Origin: Bdellovibrionales bacterium
GTDB lineage: Bacteria; Bdellovibrionota; Bdellovibrionia; Bdellovibrionales; UBA1609
DNA: 64,000 nucleotides
Assembly (NCBI GenBank): GCA_965243065.1
Contig: CBDETO010000005.1
Location: 1,742,634-1,806,633, forward strand
Direction of reading: 5' to 3'
Program-made: the position numbers and the translations under genes
In this document: positions 18,757 through 28,130 of the stretch, piece after piece
Numbering within the stretch: position 1 is the first letter of the stretch
Layout: the number at the start of each line of letters is the position of its first letter
The notes under the pieces: generated by a model
What the model was told of the DNA's origin: nothing
Databases searched by the model: none
Seen by the model: only the letters and a program-made list of their open reading frames with translations

Positions 18757-20842
18757 ATCCGCAAAGAAGGCAGATCACCTCAAAAAAATCTATTATTATG
18801 AGGTGGCCTTACCTTTATCTTTAGGAAAAAACTTAATTTACTCCTCTTATGACCTTTTCCAAAAAGGAGACTCTGTGTGGGTCCCTCTTAAAAGCCGCAA
18901 AAGATCAGGGCTTATTTTAAGAAGAGAGCTGTCCTCAATAAAAAAAAAATTTGATGTAAAACCCATTTTATCGCTGAATTTCGATCGTGAACGACTTTCC
19001 CCCGCCCGGATGAAGTGGCTTTATTGGTTGGCGGAGTATTATCAGTATGACTTAGGCTTGGTGCTGCATTTAAGTTTTCCCCCGGCGGGGGCTTTTTCTA
19101 AAAAGCCTGTCTCTAAAACTTCTTCTTTAAAAGCGGTTCAACATCCTTCTTCCCCTAAATTTTCTCCGGAGGCACTTAAACCCTCTCTTACGGAAGAACA
19201 AAAAAAATGCTTAAAAGAAATACAGTTTTCCATAAAATGGGGGGCAGAACCAGATGGACCGAACCAGGAAATAAAAACAGGAGAGGAAAATGCTGGTTTT
19301 CGTGTGCATCTTTTACATGGTGTCACCGGTTCCGGTAAAACAGAAATTTATTTTCGTTTAGTGGAACCTGCTCTGCACAGAAACGAAAGTGTGTTGATTT
19401 TAGTACCAGAGATTGCTCTTACCCCTCAGCACATAGAGAGGTTTTCTCTACGCTTTCCAGGTCAGGTGGCTTGTTTTCATTCCGGCTTGAGTCCAAAAGA
19501 CAAATATCAGCAGTGGATGTCTATTTTAAATGGAGAGAAAAAAATCCTCATTGGTCCCCGCTCGGCTTTGTTTTGCCCCTTGCCGCACCTGGCTTGGATT
19601 ATTGTGGATGAGGAGCATGAATCCCACTTTAAACAAGATGAAAAATTAAAATATCATGGTCGGGATGCCGCTATTTACCTCGGAAAATGTTTAAATGTCC
19701 CGGTGGTTTTGGCTTCGGCCACACCCAGTATGGAAAGTTGGTGGAATGTCCAATCGGGGAAATATATGTATCATCGTTTAAAAAAACGAGTGTTTAAAAC
19801 AAAGGTTCCTAAAATAGAAGTGGTGGATATGAAAAAAGAAAAAAAAGGAAGTGATCTTCCGTATTGGTTAAGTGTCCCTCTTTATAAGTCTCTAAAGGAA
19901 TCTTTGAAAAGAAAAGAACAAGCGGCTTTATTTTTAAACCGGAGAGGAGAGAATAGTCTTTTTTGTCCGGCTTGTGTCTATCACTTTTCCTGCGCTAATT
20001 GTGATATATCTCTTACTCAACATCAGTCTTCTCATTTGCTTTGTCATTATTGCGGCTTTAGGGAAGAAAAACCAAAAACTTGTCCAGAATGCGGTGGGAC
20101 GGAGCTTTTTTCTTTTGGTATAGGTACCGCTCGCTTACAAAAAGAACTGGAAAAACTTTTCCCCCTGGCTCGTATCGTACGAGCCGATCGGGATGCCGTC
20201 AAAAATCATAAGGAGTGGGCTTATATCTTAAATAAAATTGAGAAAAGGGAAGTGGATATGGTCATTGGCACTCAGATGATAGCTAAGGGACTCGATTTTC
20301 CGTATTTGAATTTAGTGGGGGTGATTTTAGCCGACCAGGGTTTAAGCCGCCCGGATTTTCGATCTGCAGAAAAAAGTTTTCAACTTATTACTCAAATGGC
20401 GGGAAGAGCAGGGAGAAGAGAAAAACCAGGGCGGGTTATTTTACAAAGTTATCACCCCTCTCATCCTGTGGTCACCTTTTTAAAAGAAGGAAATTATGAA
20501 AAATTTAGTGAGAGGGAACTCGATCTGAGGAAAAAATATAAGTATCCTCCGTTTGGAAAGTTGTCTTTGGTGCGTATTCAGTCTATTTCCGCTTCGCTGG
20601 CTTTTAATGTAGGTTTAAAAATAGGGGCTGAATTAAAAAATATAAAAAATATAGAGGTCTTAGGGCCTGCTCCGGCACCTTACTTTCGGTTAAGGAATAA
20701 ATACCGGTATCACTTATTATTAAAAAGTGAAAAAGCGGGGCTGTTAAAGCAAGCGGGAGAGCTTATATTAAACTCAGTAAAAAAGGGAAAACCTTCTGCT
20801 GTACGGGTGGATATCAACAGGGATCCCGTTTATATGTTTTAA
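18731..20842 (+). CDS. priA: Primosomal protein N' (replication restart helicase)
   Basis: GVTGSGKTE, DEEH, SATPS, Cys-rich Zn region, GTQMIAKG and QMAGRAGR motifs. Confidence 0.95.
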   Translation: MSFTESSDRSAKKADHLKKIYYYEVALPLSLGKNLIYSSYDLFQKGDSVWVPLKSRKRSGLILRRELSSIKKKFDVKPILSLNFDRERLSPARMKWLYWLAEYYQYDLGLVLHLSFPPAGAFSKKPVSKTSSLKAVQHPSSPKFSPEALKPSLTEEQKKCLKEIQFSIKWGAEPDGPNQEIKTGEENAGFRVHLLHGVTGSGKTEIYFRLVEPALHRNESVLILVPEIALTPQHIERFSLRFPGQVACFHSGLSPKDKYQQWMSILNGEKKILIGPRSALFCPLPHLAWIIVDEEHESHFKQDEKLKYHGRDAAIYLGKCLNVPVVLASATPSMESWWNVQSGKYMYHRLKKRVFKTKVPKIEVVDMKKEKKGSDLPYWLSVPLYKSLKESLKRKEQAALFLNRRGENSLFCPACVYHFSCANCDISLTQHQSSHLLCHYCGFREEKPKTCPECGGTELFSFGIGTARLQKELEKLFPLARIVRADRDAVKNHKEWAYILNKIEKREVDMVIGTQMIAKGLDFPYLNLVGVILADQGLSRPDFRSAEKSFQLITQMAGRAGRREKPGRVILQSYHPSHPVVTFLKEGNYEKFSERELDLRKKYKYPPFGKLSLVRIQSISASLAFNVGLKIGAELKNIKNIEVLGPAPAPYFRLRNKYRYHLLLKSEKAGLLKQAGELILNSVKKGKPSAVRVDINRDPVYMF

Positions 20843-20926
20843 TAAAAAATTATTGCTTTTATTATAAAAAATGTGATAGCCCTCAAAGTTACCGATGGTT
20901 TTAAGAGAAAAAGGGAGAGACCATAT

Positions 20927-21883
20927 ATGTCAACGGATTTGAATATTAAAAATATGTTGTTAGCAGGTGTTCATTTTGGTCATCAGATTCAAAGGTGGAA
21001 TCCTAAAATGAAACCCTATGTTTATACTTCCCGGGGAGGTATTCATATTATCAATTTGCAAAAGACCTTGGATTGCACAAAAAAAGCTTTGGATTTTGTG
21101 GAAAGTGTAACGGCTCAAGGAGGGCACTTTATTTTTGTAGGGACAAAAAAACAAGCAGCTCCTTTGATTCGTCCCGCAGCGACGAAAGCGGGACAATTTT
21201 ATGTCAGCAAAAGATGGCTAGGAGGGACCTTGACTAATTTTGAAACAATTAAAGTAAGTATTGATCGTATGAAGAGAATTGACCAGATGAGGGAAAGAGG
21301 AGACCTAGATCCTTTTTCTAAAAAGGAAAGAGCTCATATTGAGAAAGAATACACTCGTTTAAATGACTATTTAGAGGGGATTCGTGACATGAAAAAACCT
21401 CCTGAGGCTTTATTTGTAGTGGACATTAATAGAGAAAATATTGCCGTTGCCGAGGCGGCTCGTTTGGGGATTCCCGTGGTGGCTTTGGTGGATACAAATG
21501 GTGATCCTTCTCTTATTAGTTATCCTGTTCCCGCTAACGACGATGCGACTCGATCTATTGAGTTTTTTATTAATTTAGTGAGTCAGGCTTGCTTGGCCGG
21601 TCAAAAAAAATGGGAGGCTTTTTTAAGGGAACATCCTCTTCGGGAAAAAACAGGAAAAGGGACTTCTACTACCCCGGTTCGTTCTCATAAAGGAAGTGAA
21701 GATAAAGAAATAAAACAAGGTCCCACAGTGGTAAAAGTGTTTAAGACAAGAGAAAGAAAGCTTGTAGCCGCGGGGACAGCCGATGATGTGGAAATATCTA
21801 TGGAGTTGGAAGAGAAAAAAGAAGATAAACAGCCACAAAAAACCTCTGATTCTTCGGATGGAAAAAAGGACCAGAAAAAATGA
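20927..21883 (+). CDS. rpsB: 30S ribosomal protein S2
   Basis: AGVHFGH..RWNPKM, RWLGGTLTN and PANDD motifs. ATG 20927 after GGGAG is preferred to the ORF-track start at 20873. Confidence 0.97.
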   Translation: MSTDLNIKNMLLAGVHFGHQIQRWNPKMKPYVYTSRGGIHIINLQKTLDCTKKALDFVESVTAQGGHFIFVGTKKQAAPLIRPAATKAGQFYVSKRWLGGTLTNFETIKVSIDRMKRIDQMRERGDLDPFSKKERAHIEKEYTRLNDYLEGIRDMKKPPEALFVVDINRENIAVAEAARLGIPVVALVDTNGDPSLISYPVPANDDATRSIEFFINLVSQACLAGQKKWEAFLREHPLREKTGKGTSTTPVRSHKGSEDKEIKQGPTVVKVFKTRERKLVAAGTADDVEISMELEEKKEDKQPQKTSDSSDGKKDQKK

Positions 21884-22515
21884 GTTTGGAAGAAATAAAA
21901 CACTTAAGGGCTAAGACTGGGGCGGGCGTTTTAGATTGTAAAAAAGCCTGGGAGGAATCGGGTCAGGATTTTAATAAAGCTTTGGAATGGCTTAAAAAAA
22001 AAGGCTTGGCCCGGGCAGAAATAAAATCTTTAAGGCAGGCTAAAGAAGGTAAAATATCGGCTTATTTACATGGCCAGGGTCGTATTGGCGTGTTGGTGGA
22101 AGTCAATGTAGAAACGGATTTTGCGGCCCGGGGGGAGGTTTTTAAAGAATTTACACACCAGTTGTGTTTGCATATTGCCGCTATGGATCCTTTATTCGTT
22201 AAGCGGGAAGAGGTTCCAAAAGAAAGGGTGAAAAAGGAAGAAGCTATATTCCGGGCGCAGGTAGAAAAAGAAGGTAAAAAAGAGGTGGTACGGGATAAAA
22301 TAGTAAAAGGAAAAATGGAAAAATGGTTTTCGGAAATATGTTTATTGGAACAGGTGTTTTTAATTAGCGCGCAAAGTGATGAAATAAAAACAGTGGAAGC
22401 GGCTCTTAAAGATATTATCGCTCAGCTAGGGGAAAATGTGTGTATTCGCCGCTTTGTTCGTTTTGAGTTAGGTGAGGAGATAGGTCCTCTCCCATTAGCT
22501 GAGGGGCCCCATTGA
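21880..22515 (+). CDS. tsf: Elongation factor Ts (short form)
   Basis: [25 protein letters not shown] and [10 protein letters not shown] motifs. Confidence 0.96.
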   Translation: MSLEEIKHLRAKTGAGVLDCKKAWEESGQDFNKALEWLKKKGLARAEIKSLRQAKEGKISAYLHGQGRIGVLVEVNVETDFAARGEVFKEFTHQLCLHIAAMDPLFVKREEVPKERVKKEEAIFRAQVEKEGKKEVVRDKIVKGKMEKWFSEICLLEQVFLISAQSDEIKTVEAALKDIIAQLGENVCIRRFVRFELGEEIGPLPLAEGPH

Positions 22516-23225
22516 ATCAGCTCAAGTATAAGAGGATTTTAATTAAAGTCAGTGGAGAAATTCTCAGTGGAAAAGGAGGCTTTGGTATTCATTCTCCTAC
22601 TGTGTCCGGCCTGGCAGAAGAGCTGGTAGAGGTGCATCGTCTAAAGGTGCAGCTGGCTTTAGTGGTGGGAGGAGGTAATATTTTTCGAGGCACTTCAGAG
22701 GAGGCGGAAGGAATGGACAGAGCTGGTTCTGATTATATGGGCATGCTGGCTACTTGTATTAATGCCTTAGCCCTTCAGGATGCCATTGAAAAACAAGGAG
22801 TGGAAACCCGGGTGCAAACCGCTTTGTGTATTTCCGAAGTGGCAGAACCTTATATTCGTCGAAAAGCTCTTCGTCATTTACATAAACACCGCATTGTTAT
22901 TTTTGCCGCGGGGACAGGTAATCCTTACTTTACAACAGATACAGCGGCGGCTTTGCGAGCTATGGAAATGGATATGGATATTTTGTTAAAGGCCACTAAA
23001 GTGGATGGCGTGTATGAAGAAGATCCAGAAAAAAATAAAAATTCAAAAAAATATGATAAATTAAAATATATTGATATTTTAAATAAAGGTATTAAAATTA
23101 TGGACTCTACAGCGGTGAGCCTGTGTATGGATAATCAAATGCCTTTAATTGCTTTTAACTTAAGAAAAAAGGGGAGTATTGTTCGTATTGTCAAAGGAGA
23201 AAAGCTAGGCACCCTTATATACTGA
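22512..23225 (+). CDS. pyrH: UMP kinase
   Basis: [21 protein letters not shown] and [11 protein letters not shown] motifs. Confidence 0.97.
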   Translation: MNQLKYKRILIKVSGEILSGKGGFGIHSPTVSGLAEELVEVHRLKVQLALVVGGGNIFRGTSEEAEGMDRAGSDYMGMLATCINALALQDAIEKQGVETRVQTALCISEVAEPYIRRKALRHLHKHRIVIFAAGTGNPYFTTDTAAALRAMEMDMDILLKATKVDGVYEEDPEKNKNSKKYDKLKYIDILNKGIKIMDSTAVSLCMDNQMPLIAFNLRKKGSIVRIVKGEKLGTLIY

Positions 23226-23316
23226 CTTTGTGAAAGGGAGGACTTTCGAGGGGAGCTTTCAGAAGGACTTTTAGGAGGCTTCGGTGAGTTTTCCTCCTTT
23301 AGAGGGGTTTTTTATT

Positions 23317-23353
23317 AGGGGGTGTAAATAGGGGGTGTAAATAGGGGGTGTAA
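23317..23353 (+). repeat. 13-bp tandem repeat (3 copies) containing the frr ribosome-binding site
   Basis: agggggtgtaaat three times immediately upstream of the frr ATG. Confidence 0.8.
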
Positions 23354-23358
23354 AACAA

Positions 23359-23919
23359 ATGGAAACAGCAGAAATAAAATCACAGACACAAGAGAGGATG
23401 GAGAAGGCTTTTTGGCATACTCAAGAAAAGGTAAAAAAAATACGTACCGGTTCGGCACACAGCTCTTTGTTAGAAGGAATAAAAGTTCATACTTATGGAA
23501 GTGAACAGGAGTTAAAACATATTTCTTCTATTTCTTGTCCTTCTACAAGGTCCCTGGTTATTTCTCCTTGGGATCAAAATACTTTAAAAGATATTGAGGC
23601 CGCCTTAGTTAAAAGTGACTTAGGTATGGCCCCGCAAAGAGATGGTAAGGTGATTCGCCTGCGGATTCCTGAATTGACAGAGGAAAGAAGGCAGGAGTTG
23701 ATTCGCGCTTTTAAAAAAGATGTGGAAAAAGCCCGAGTGGAGTTTCGTCAAATTCGGAAGATAATGAATGAACAGGTGAGAAAAGCTCTTAAGGAAAAAA
23801 AAATTAGCGAAGATATAGCGAAAGATACAGAAGCGGACATTCAAAAGATGACGGATCAGTTTATTGAAAAAGTAAATGAAATTTCAGAAAAAAAACAAAA
23901 AGAACTTTTACAGGTATAA
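23359..23919 (+). CDS. frr: Ribosome recycling factor
   Basis: IRTGSA, ISPWD and IPELTEERR motifs; conserved synteny after pyrH. Confidence 0.95.
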   Translation: METAEIKSQTQERMEKAFWHTQEKVKKIRTGSAHSSLLEGIKVHTYGSEQELKHISSISCPSTRSLVISPWDQNTLKDIEAALVKSDLGMAPQRDGKVIRLRIPELTEERRQELIRAFKKDVEKARVEFRQIRKIMNEQVRKALKEKKISEDIAKDTEADIQKMTDQFIEKVNEISEKKQKELLQV

Positions 23920-23928
23920 AGAAAGAAA

Positions 23929-24678
23929 GTGGTTTATTTGAAAAAAAAAGCGGCAGGGCCAGCCCTTTTACCACTTCAGCATCTGGCTGTCATTATGGAC
24001 GGTAACGGTCGTTGGGCTGAAAAAAAAGGCTGGCCTCGTTACTTCGGTCATTTTCGCGGAGTAAAGTCTTTGCGGCAAATGGTTAAGAATTGTTCCCGGT
24101 GGGGTATTCCGTATCTTACTGTCTTTGCTTTTAGTACAGAAAACTGGAAGAGATCCTCTATAGAAGTATCTGTTATAATGAAACTGATGAGCCGTTCCCT
24201 AACTCGTTATCAGCAGGAATTGGATAGAAATCAAATTCGTTTGCGGGTTTTAGGAGGTTTAGAAGAACTAGCTCCTGCGGTTCGTAATATTTTTAATGAG
24301 ATGGTGGAAAAAACGAAAAATAACCAGGGTCTTCAGTTAATTGTAGCTGTAAATTATGGTGGTCGTAGAGAAATTATCCAGGCGGTTCGAGCTATTTCTC
24401 AAGCTGTTAAGGATGGAAAGTTAGAGGTCGCCGATATAGACGAAGATCATTTTTATTCTTATATGAGTTCGTCTGTGTTTCCTCCACCGGACTTGATTAT
24501 TAGAACGGGGGCGGTTAGCCGATTATCTAATTTTTACTTGTGGACAGCGGCTTATTCTGAGATCTATGTTAGCGATGTTCTTTGGCCAGATTTTAATGAA
24601 GCAGAGTTAAGAAAAGCTTTGCATTTTTATACTCAAACCTCGCGCCGGTTTGGGGCCGCTCCTTTTAAAAGAAAGTAA
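23929..24678 (+). CDS. uppS: Undecaprenyl diphosphate synthase
   Basis: HLAVIMDGNGRWA, AFSTENWKR, NYGGR and DLIIRT..RLSNF motifs. Confidence 0.96.
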   Translation: MVYLKKKAAGPALLPLQHLAVIMDGNGRWAEKKGWPRYFGHFRGVKSLRQMVKNCSRWGIPYLTVFAFSTENWKRSSIEVSVIMKLMSRSLTRYQQELDRNQIRLRVLGGLEELAPAVRNIFNEMVEKTKNNQGLQLIVAVNYGGRREIIQAVRAISQAVKDGKLEVADIDEDHFYSYMSSSVFPPPDLIIRTGAVSRLSNFYLWTAAYSEIYVSDVLWPDFNEAELRKALHFYTQTSRRFGAAPFKRK

Positions 24679-24685
24679 AATTAGG

Positions 24686-25564
24686 GTGAAGTTAGATCAT
24701 TTTATTTCTCGCATTTTGACTTCGGTAGGGTTTATTACCTTTTTCCTTCTGATTTGGTTTTTTTTCCCGGAAAAAGGCATGCCTTTACTCGTCCTGATCA
24801 TTATGGGTGGTCTGGTTTGGGAGTATGGAAAATTAGTTTTTATGCCGGATCGGTATCATTTGTTTTTTCTTTTGTCTTGTTTATTTTTTTATTGTGTTTA
24901 TTTTTTTATAAAGCAAAATGTACTGGAGTTGTTTTTTATCTTCTTATTTTTGTTTTTTATTTTTGTTTTTTGGTTTTTATACCTCTCCGGTCAAGAAAGA
25001 GAAAAAATTTTTCATGGCCTTTGTTTTAGTCTGGTAGGATGGCTTTATATTGTTTTTCCTACTGTTTTGTTTTTGGATATGTTTTTACATCAAAAAAACA
25101 GACTATGGTTTTTCTTTTTATGTATTGTGTTTTTAGGGGATATTTTTGCTTACCTAGGGGGTCAGCTTGGGGGAAGTAAAAAATGGGTGCCTGCTCTTTC
25201 TCCTGGGAAAACCTGGTTTGGCTTATGGTGTGGTTTGTTGGCCAGTGGAATAAGTGCCTTGGTGTTAAGTTTTTATGTAAGTAGGTACTTAATCTATGAT
25301 GGAAAAAACCCAGCTCTCTCCTGGACAGAAGGCTTTGATTTTTCGCTGTCGGTTTTTCTTTTTATTTCTGGGGCTTTATTGTTTTTTATTGCTCAAACAG
25401 GAGACCTTTTTGTATCTTTGCTTAAAAGGCAAGCTGGAGTGAAAAACACCGGTTGTTTATTACCGGGACATGGAGGCTTGTTAGATCGTTTAGATGGGCT
25501 ATTGTTGGTTTTACCTTTTGTGTATTTTATTGTTCAGATAGATATTTTTTTCATCTTTCTTTAA
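24686..25564 (+). CDS. cdsA: Phosphatidate cytidylyltransferase
   Basis: SPGKTW and GDLFVSLLKRQAGVKNTG.LLPGHGGLLDRLD motifs. GTG 24686 preferred as start. Confidence 0.93.
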   Translation: MKLDHFISRILTSVGFITFFLLIWFFFPEKGMPLLVLIIMGGLVWEYGKLVFMPDRYHLFFLLSCLFFYCVYFFIKQNVLELFFIFLFLFFIFVFWFLYLSGQEREKIFHGLCFSLVGWLYIVFPTVLFLDMFLHQKNRLWFFFLCIVFLGDIFAYLGGQLGGSKKWVPALSPGKTWFGLWCGLLASGISALVLSFYVSRYLIYDGKNPALSWTEGFDFSLSVFLFISGALLFFIAQTGDLFVSLLKRQAGVKNTGCLLPGHGGLLDRLDGLLLVLPFVYFIVQIDIFFIFL

Positions 25565-25606
25565 AGAAAACTGGTGTTTTTAAGTTAGATCAGTATAATA
25601 TAATTC

Positions 25607-27283
25607 ATGTCTGTATTATCTAGTGTGTTTTTTTCTATAGGGGGCTTTGTTAGTGCCCTTATTCCTTTTATTGTCTTGCTGGGAGTGTTGATATTTATCC
25701 ATGAGCTAGGGCATTTTATGGTGGCCAGGTGGTGTGGAGTGAAGGTGGAAGTATTCAGTTTGGGCTTTGGTAAAAAACTTTTGAAGTGGAAAAGAAAAGA
25801 CACCCTTTATTGTGTGAGTTTATTTCCTTTGGGCGGATATGTGAAAATGTTTGGGCATGAGTACGGAAAGGAAGTAGCAGAAAAAGATCGTCCTATTGCC
25901 TTCCTCCATAAAAAGCTATGGCAAAGGGTCGCTATTGTTTTAGCCGGGCCTTTGATGAATTTTTTTTTAGCGGTTCTTATCTTTGCCGGTTTAAATATTT
26001 TTGTAGGAGAAAAAAGAGCCTTTCCCGTTATAGGTGAGTTAGCTCCTTCTTCCGTCGCAGCTCAATCTGGCTTGGCTTATGGTGATCTTATTTTATCTAT
26101 TGACGATGTTCCTGTGAAAAACATAAGAGAGGTGAGAGAAATTATCTTTGAAAAACCAGATACACTGTTGGATATAAAAGTGCAAAATCTTTCCCAACAA
26201 GTGCAGACAAAAAAGGTGTTATCTCAAACGGGACCAGCGACGGGAAAATGGGGTTTTTTAGAAAAAGGAGGGGTGATTGAGGGGCTTACATTTTTCGCCG
26301 CGGCGGCGGTTCTGGGAGTTAGCGATCCAAACAGCCCCGCTGGTCAAGCCGGATTAAAAACTTTTGATAAAGTGATATCGGTGGACGGGAAGAAAATAAA
26401 TACACGAAAAGAGTTATTTCATATTTTAAACTCTACCCCTTCTTCTGTTTCCTCCTGGACACTGGAAATTCAAAGAGAAAAAGATCTAAAAACAATAGTG
26501 CTGTCACGACCTCAAAATGATCCAGAAGGAGAAGAAGCCCATCATTTGGGCTTAATCCGTTCCGATTTATTTATAGCTGATTTAAAAACCAATGGGGTGG
26601 CAGAAAAAGCCGGGATAAAACAAGGAGATTTCATTTTTAAATTAAATGGGGAGAGGCTTCCTTCCTGGTCTTTTTTGGTGGAAAAAATTAAAAATTTTAA
26701 AGAACAGGACGGGGCTTTGGAGATGGAAATAAAAAGACAAGGGCAGGTAAAATCTTTCTCTTTAGTGCCGGAAATAAGAAAACAGATGATAAATGGAGTG
26801 GAAAAAAAATCCTACATGCTAGGTATTATTGCTCAGTCTCCTCTTATTCCTGTTGGGGAGACTTATGTGGAAAAGAGTAAAAATCCAGTAAAGGCTTTAA
26901 CCTTTGGAGTGGGAAAAGGACTGCATTGGTGTGCCTTTCTCTTTGTGTATATTAAAAAGCTGGTGGCAGGAGATATATCTACAAAAACTTTAGGCGGAGC
27001 TATTACTATAGGCCGGGCAGCTTATGACAGCTACTCTTATGGCTTAGAGTATTTTTTTAGACTTATGGCTATTTTATCAGTGCAGTTATTCTTATTTAAT
27101 ATTTTACCGATTCCGGTGTTTGATGGAGGGCATTTGTTATTTTATGTGATCGAGTTTTTTAATGGAGCTCCTTTAAGTATAAAGAAAATGATAATAGCCC
27201 AACAAATGGGCGTATTGGCGGTCTTGTTTTTACTCCTTTTTACCACTTTCAATGATTTGCATAATTGGTTATTTACCTGGTGA
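25607..27283 (+). CDS. rseP: Intramembrane zinc metalloprotease RseP with PDZ domains
   Basis: HELGH, GGYVKM, AGPLMN and NILPIPVFDGG motifs. Confidence 0.95.
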   Translation: MSVLSSVFFSIGGFVSALIPFIVLLGVLIFIHELGHFMVARWCGVKVEVFSLGFGKKLLKWKRKDTLYCVSLFPLGGYVKMFGHEYGKEVAEKDRPIAFLHKKLWQRVAIVLAGPLMNFFLAVLIFAGLNIFVGEKRAFPVIGELAPSSVAAQSGLAYGDLILSIDDVPVKNIREVREIIFEKPDTLLDIKVQNLSQQVQTKKVLSQTGPATGKWGFLEKGGVIEGLTFFAAAAVLGVSDPNSPAGQAGLKTFDKVISVDGKKINTRKELFHILNSTPSSVSSWTLEIQREKDLKTIVLSRPQNDPEGEEAHHLGLIRSDLFIADLKTNGVAEKAGIKQGDFIFKLNGERLPSWSFLVEKIKNFKEQDGALEMEIKRQGQVKSFSLVPEIRKQMINGVEKKSYMLGIIAQSPLIPVGETYVEKSKNPVKALTFGVGKGLHWCAFLFVYIKKLVAGDISTKTLGGAITIGRAAYDSYSYGLEYFFRLMAILSVQLFLFNILPIPVFDGGHLLFYVIEFFNGAPLSIKKMIIAQQMGVLAVLFLLLFTTFNDLHNWLFTW

Positions 27284-28125
27284 TTTGTAAAAAAGCTTGC
27301 TTGCTTATAGAAACAACCAGCCTCCGAGGTTCTCTCGGCCTATATTCTTTATCGTCTGAACAAAGTATAGGCCCACCCCTATTAGTGAAGGAGTGGAAAG
27401 GGCCTTCTCATAGCTCTGCTATTACGCCCGCTTTCGAATCTATTGTAAATTTTTATCTCCAAAGGTTCTTCCCCTCCTCTAAAATGGCTAAAGATATACC
27501 GATCGTATTTGAAAACTCCGGGGTTAAAAGCCCCTCTGCCCAGAGGAAAGAACTGAAAAGGGACGGAAAAATGAGATCAGATGAGGATGCTTCCTATTTA
27601 AAAATTCTTTCTTCTCATATAGCTTTTATAGCTTTAGGTATTGGACCCGGTCGTTTTACCGGTGTGCGGGTAGGGGTGAGTTTTGCCAAAACTTTGGCTT
27701 TTCTTCTTAGGCGACCTATATATCCTGTTTCTTCTCTTAAAATATTAGCGCATTCTCAGGTGGAACAAGAAAAACCTATATTGGTATTGTTAAATGCTTT
27801 TAAGAACAGTGTATATCTGGCTCTTTATCAAAAAAAAGAATTTAAGTTGGAAGAACGGATACCTCCTTCCGTCGTCCTTTCCAGGGACCTAGGTAAAAGT
27901 ATTTTTGAAAAATGTGTTTGTATAGGGGATGCCTATTCCGTATATAAGGATTTATTACCTGATAATTTGAAAGACAAACTTCAGGTAAAAGAAGGTATTT
28001 TCCCTAAAGTGGAATACTTAGCTTCTCTTTTAAAAAGAGAACTTAAAACTTCTAAATGTATTGACTGGAAAGAGCTTAAACCAGTGTATTTAAGATCACC
28101 AGTGCCTCTTATTAATAAGGAATAG
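27280..28125 (+). CDS. tsaB: tRNA threonylcarbamoyladenosine biosynthesis protein TsaB, with a 41-aa insertion
   Basis: LIETTS, HS, GIGPGRFTGVRVG and PVYLR motifs. The GTG start overlaps the rseP TGA. Confidence 0.88.
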   Translation: MICKKACLLIETTSLRGSLGLYSLSSEQSIGPPLLVKEWKGPSHSSAITPAFESIVNFYLQRFFPSSKMAKDIPIVFENSGVKSPSAQRKELKRDGKMRSDEDASYLKILSSHIAFIALGIGPGRFTGVRVGVSFAKTLAFLLRRPIYPVSSLKILAHSQVEQEKPILVLLNAFKNSVYLALYQKKEFKLEERIPPSVVLSRDLGKSIFEKCVCIGDAYSVYKDLLPDNLKDKLQVKEGIFPKVEYLASLLKRELKTSKCIDWKELKPVYLRSPVPLINKE

Positions 28126-28130
28126 GGTGT

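Noticed and set aside
19230-19295. Possible element insertion in priA (GPNQE)
   Set aside because: Similarity is limited to about 15 nt and no matching second terminus was seen.
21600-21883. Long C-terminal tail of ribosomal protein S2
   Set aside because: Charged C-terminal extensions of S2 are common; no repeat-element signature.
23317-23353. tmRNA/tRNA-Ala-like 5' end (GGGGGTGTAAA; also GGGGCTGTAAA at 45551)
   Set aside because: Not followed by TTCGAC or a tRNA-like domain; these are SD-containing repeats.
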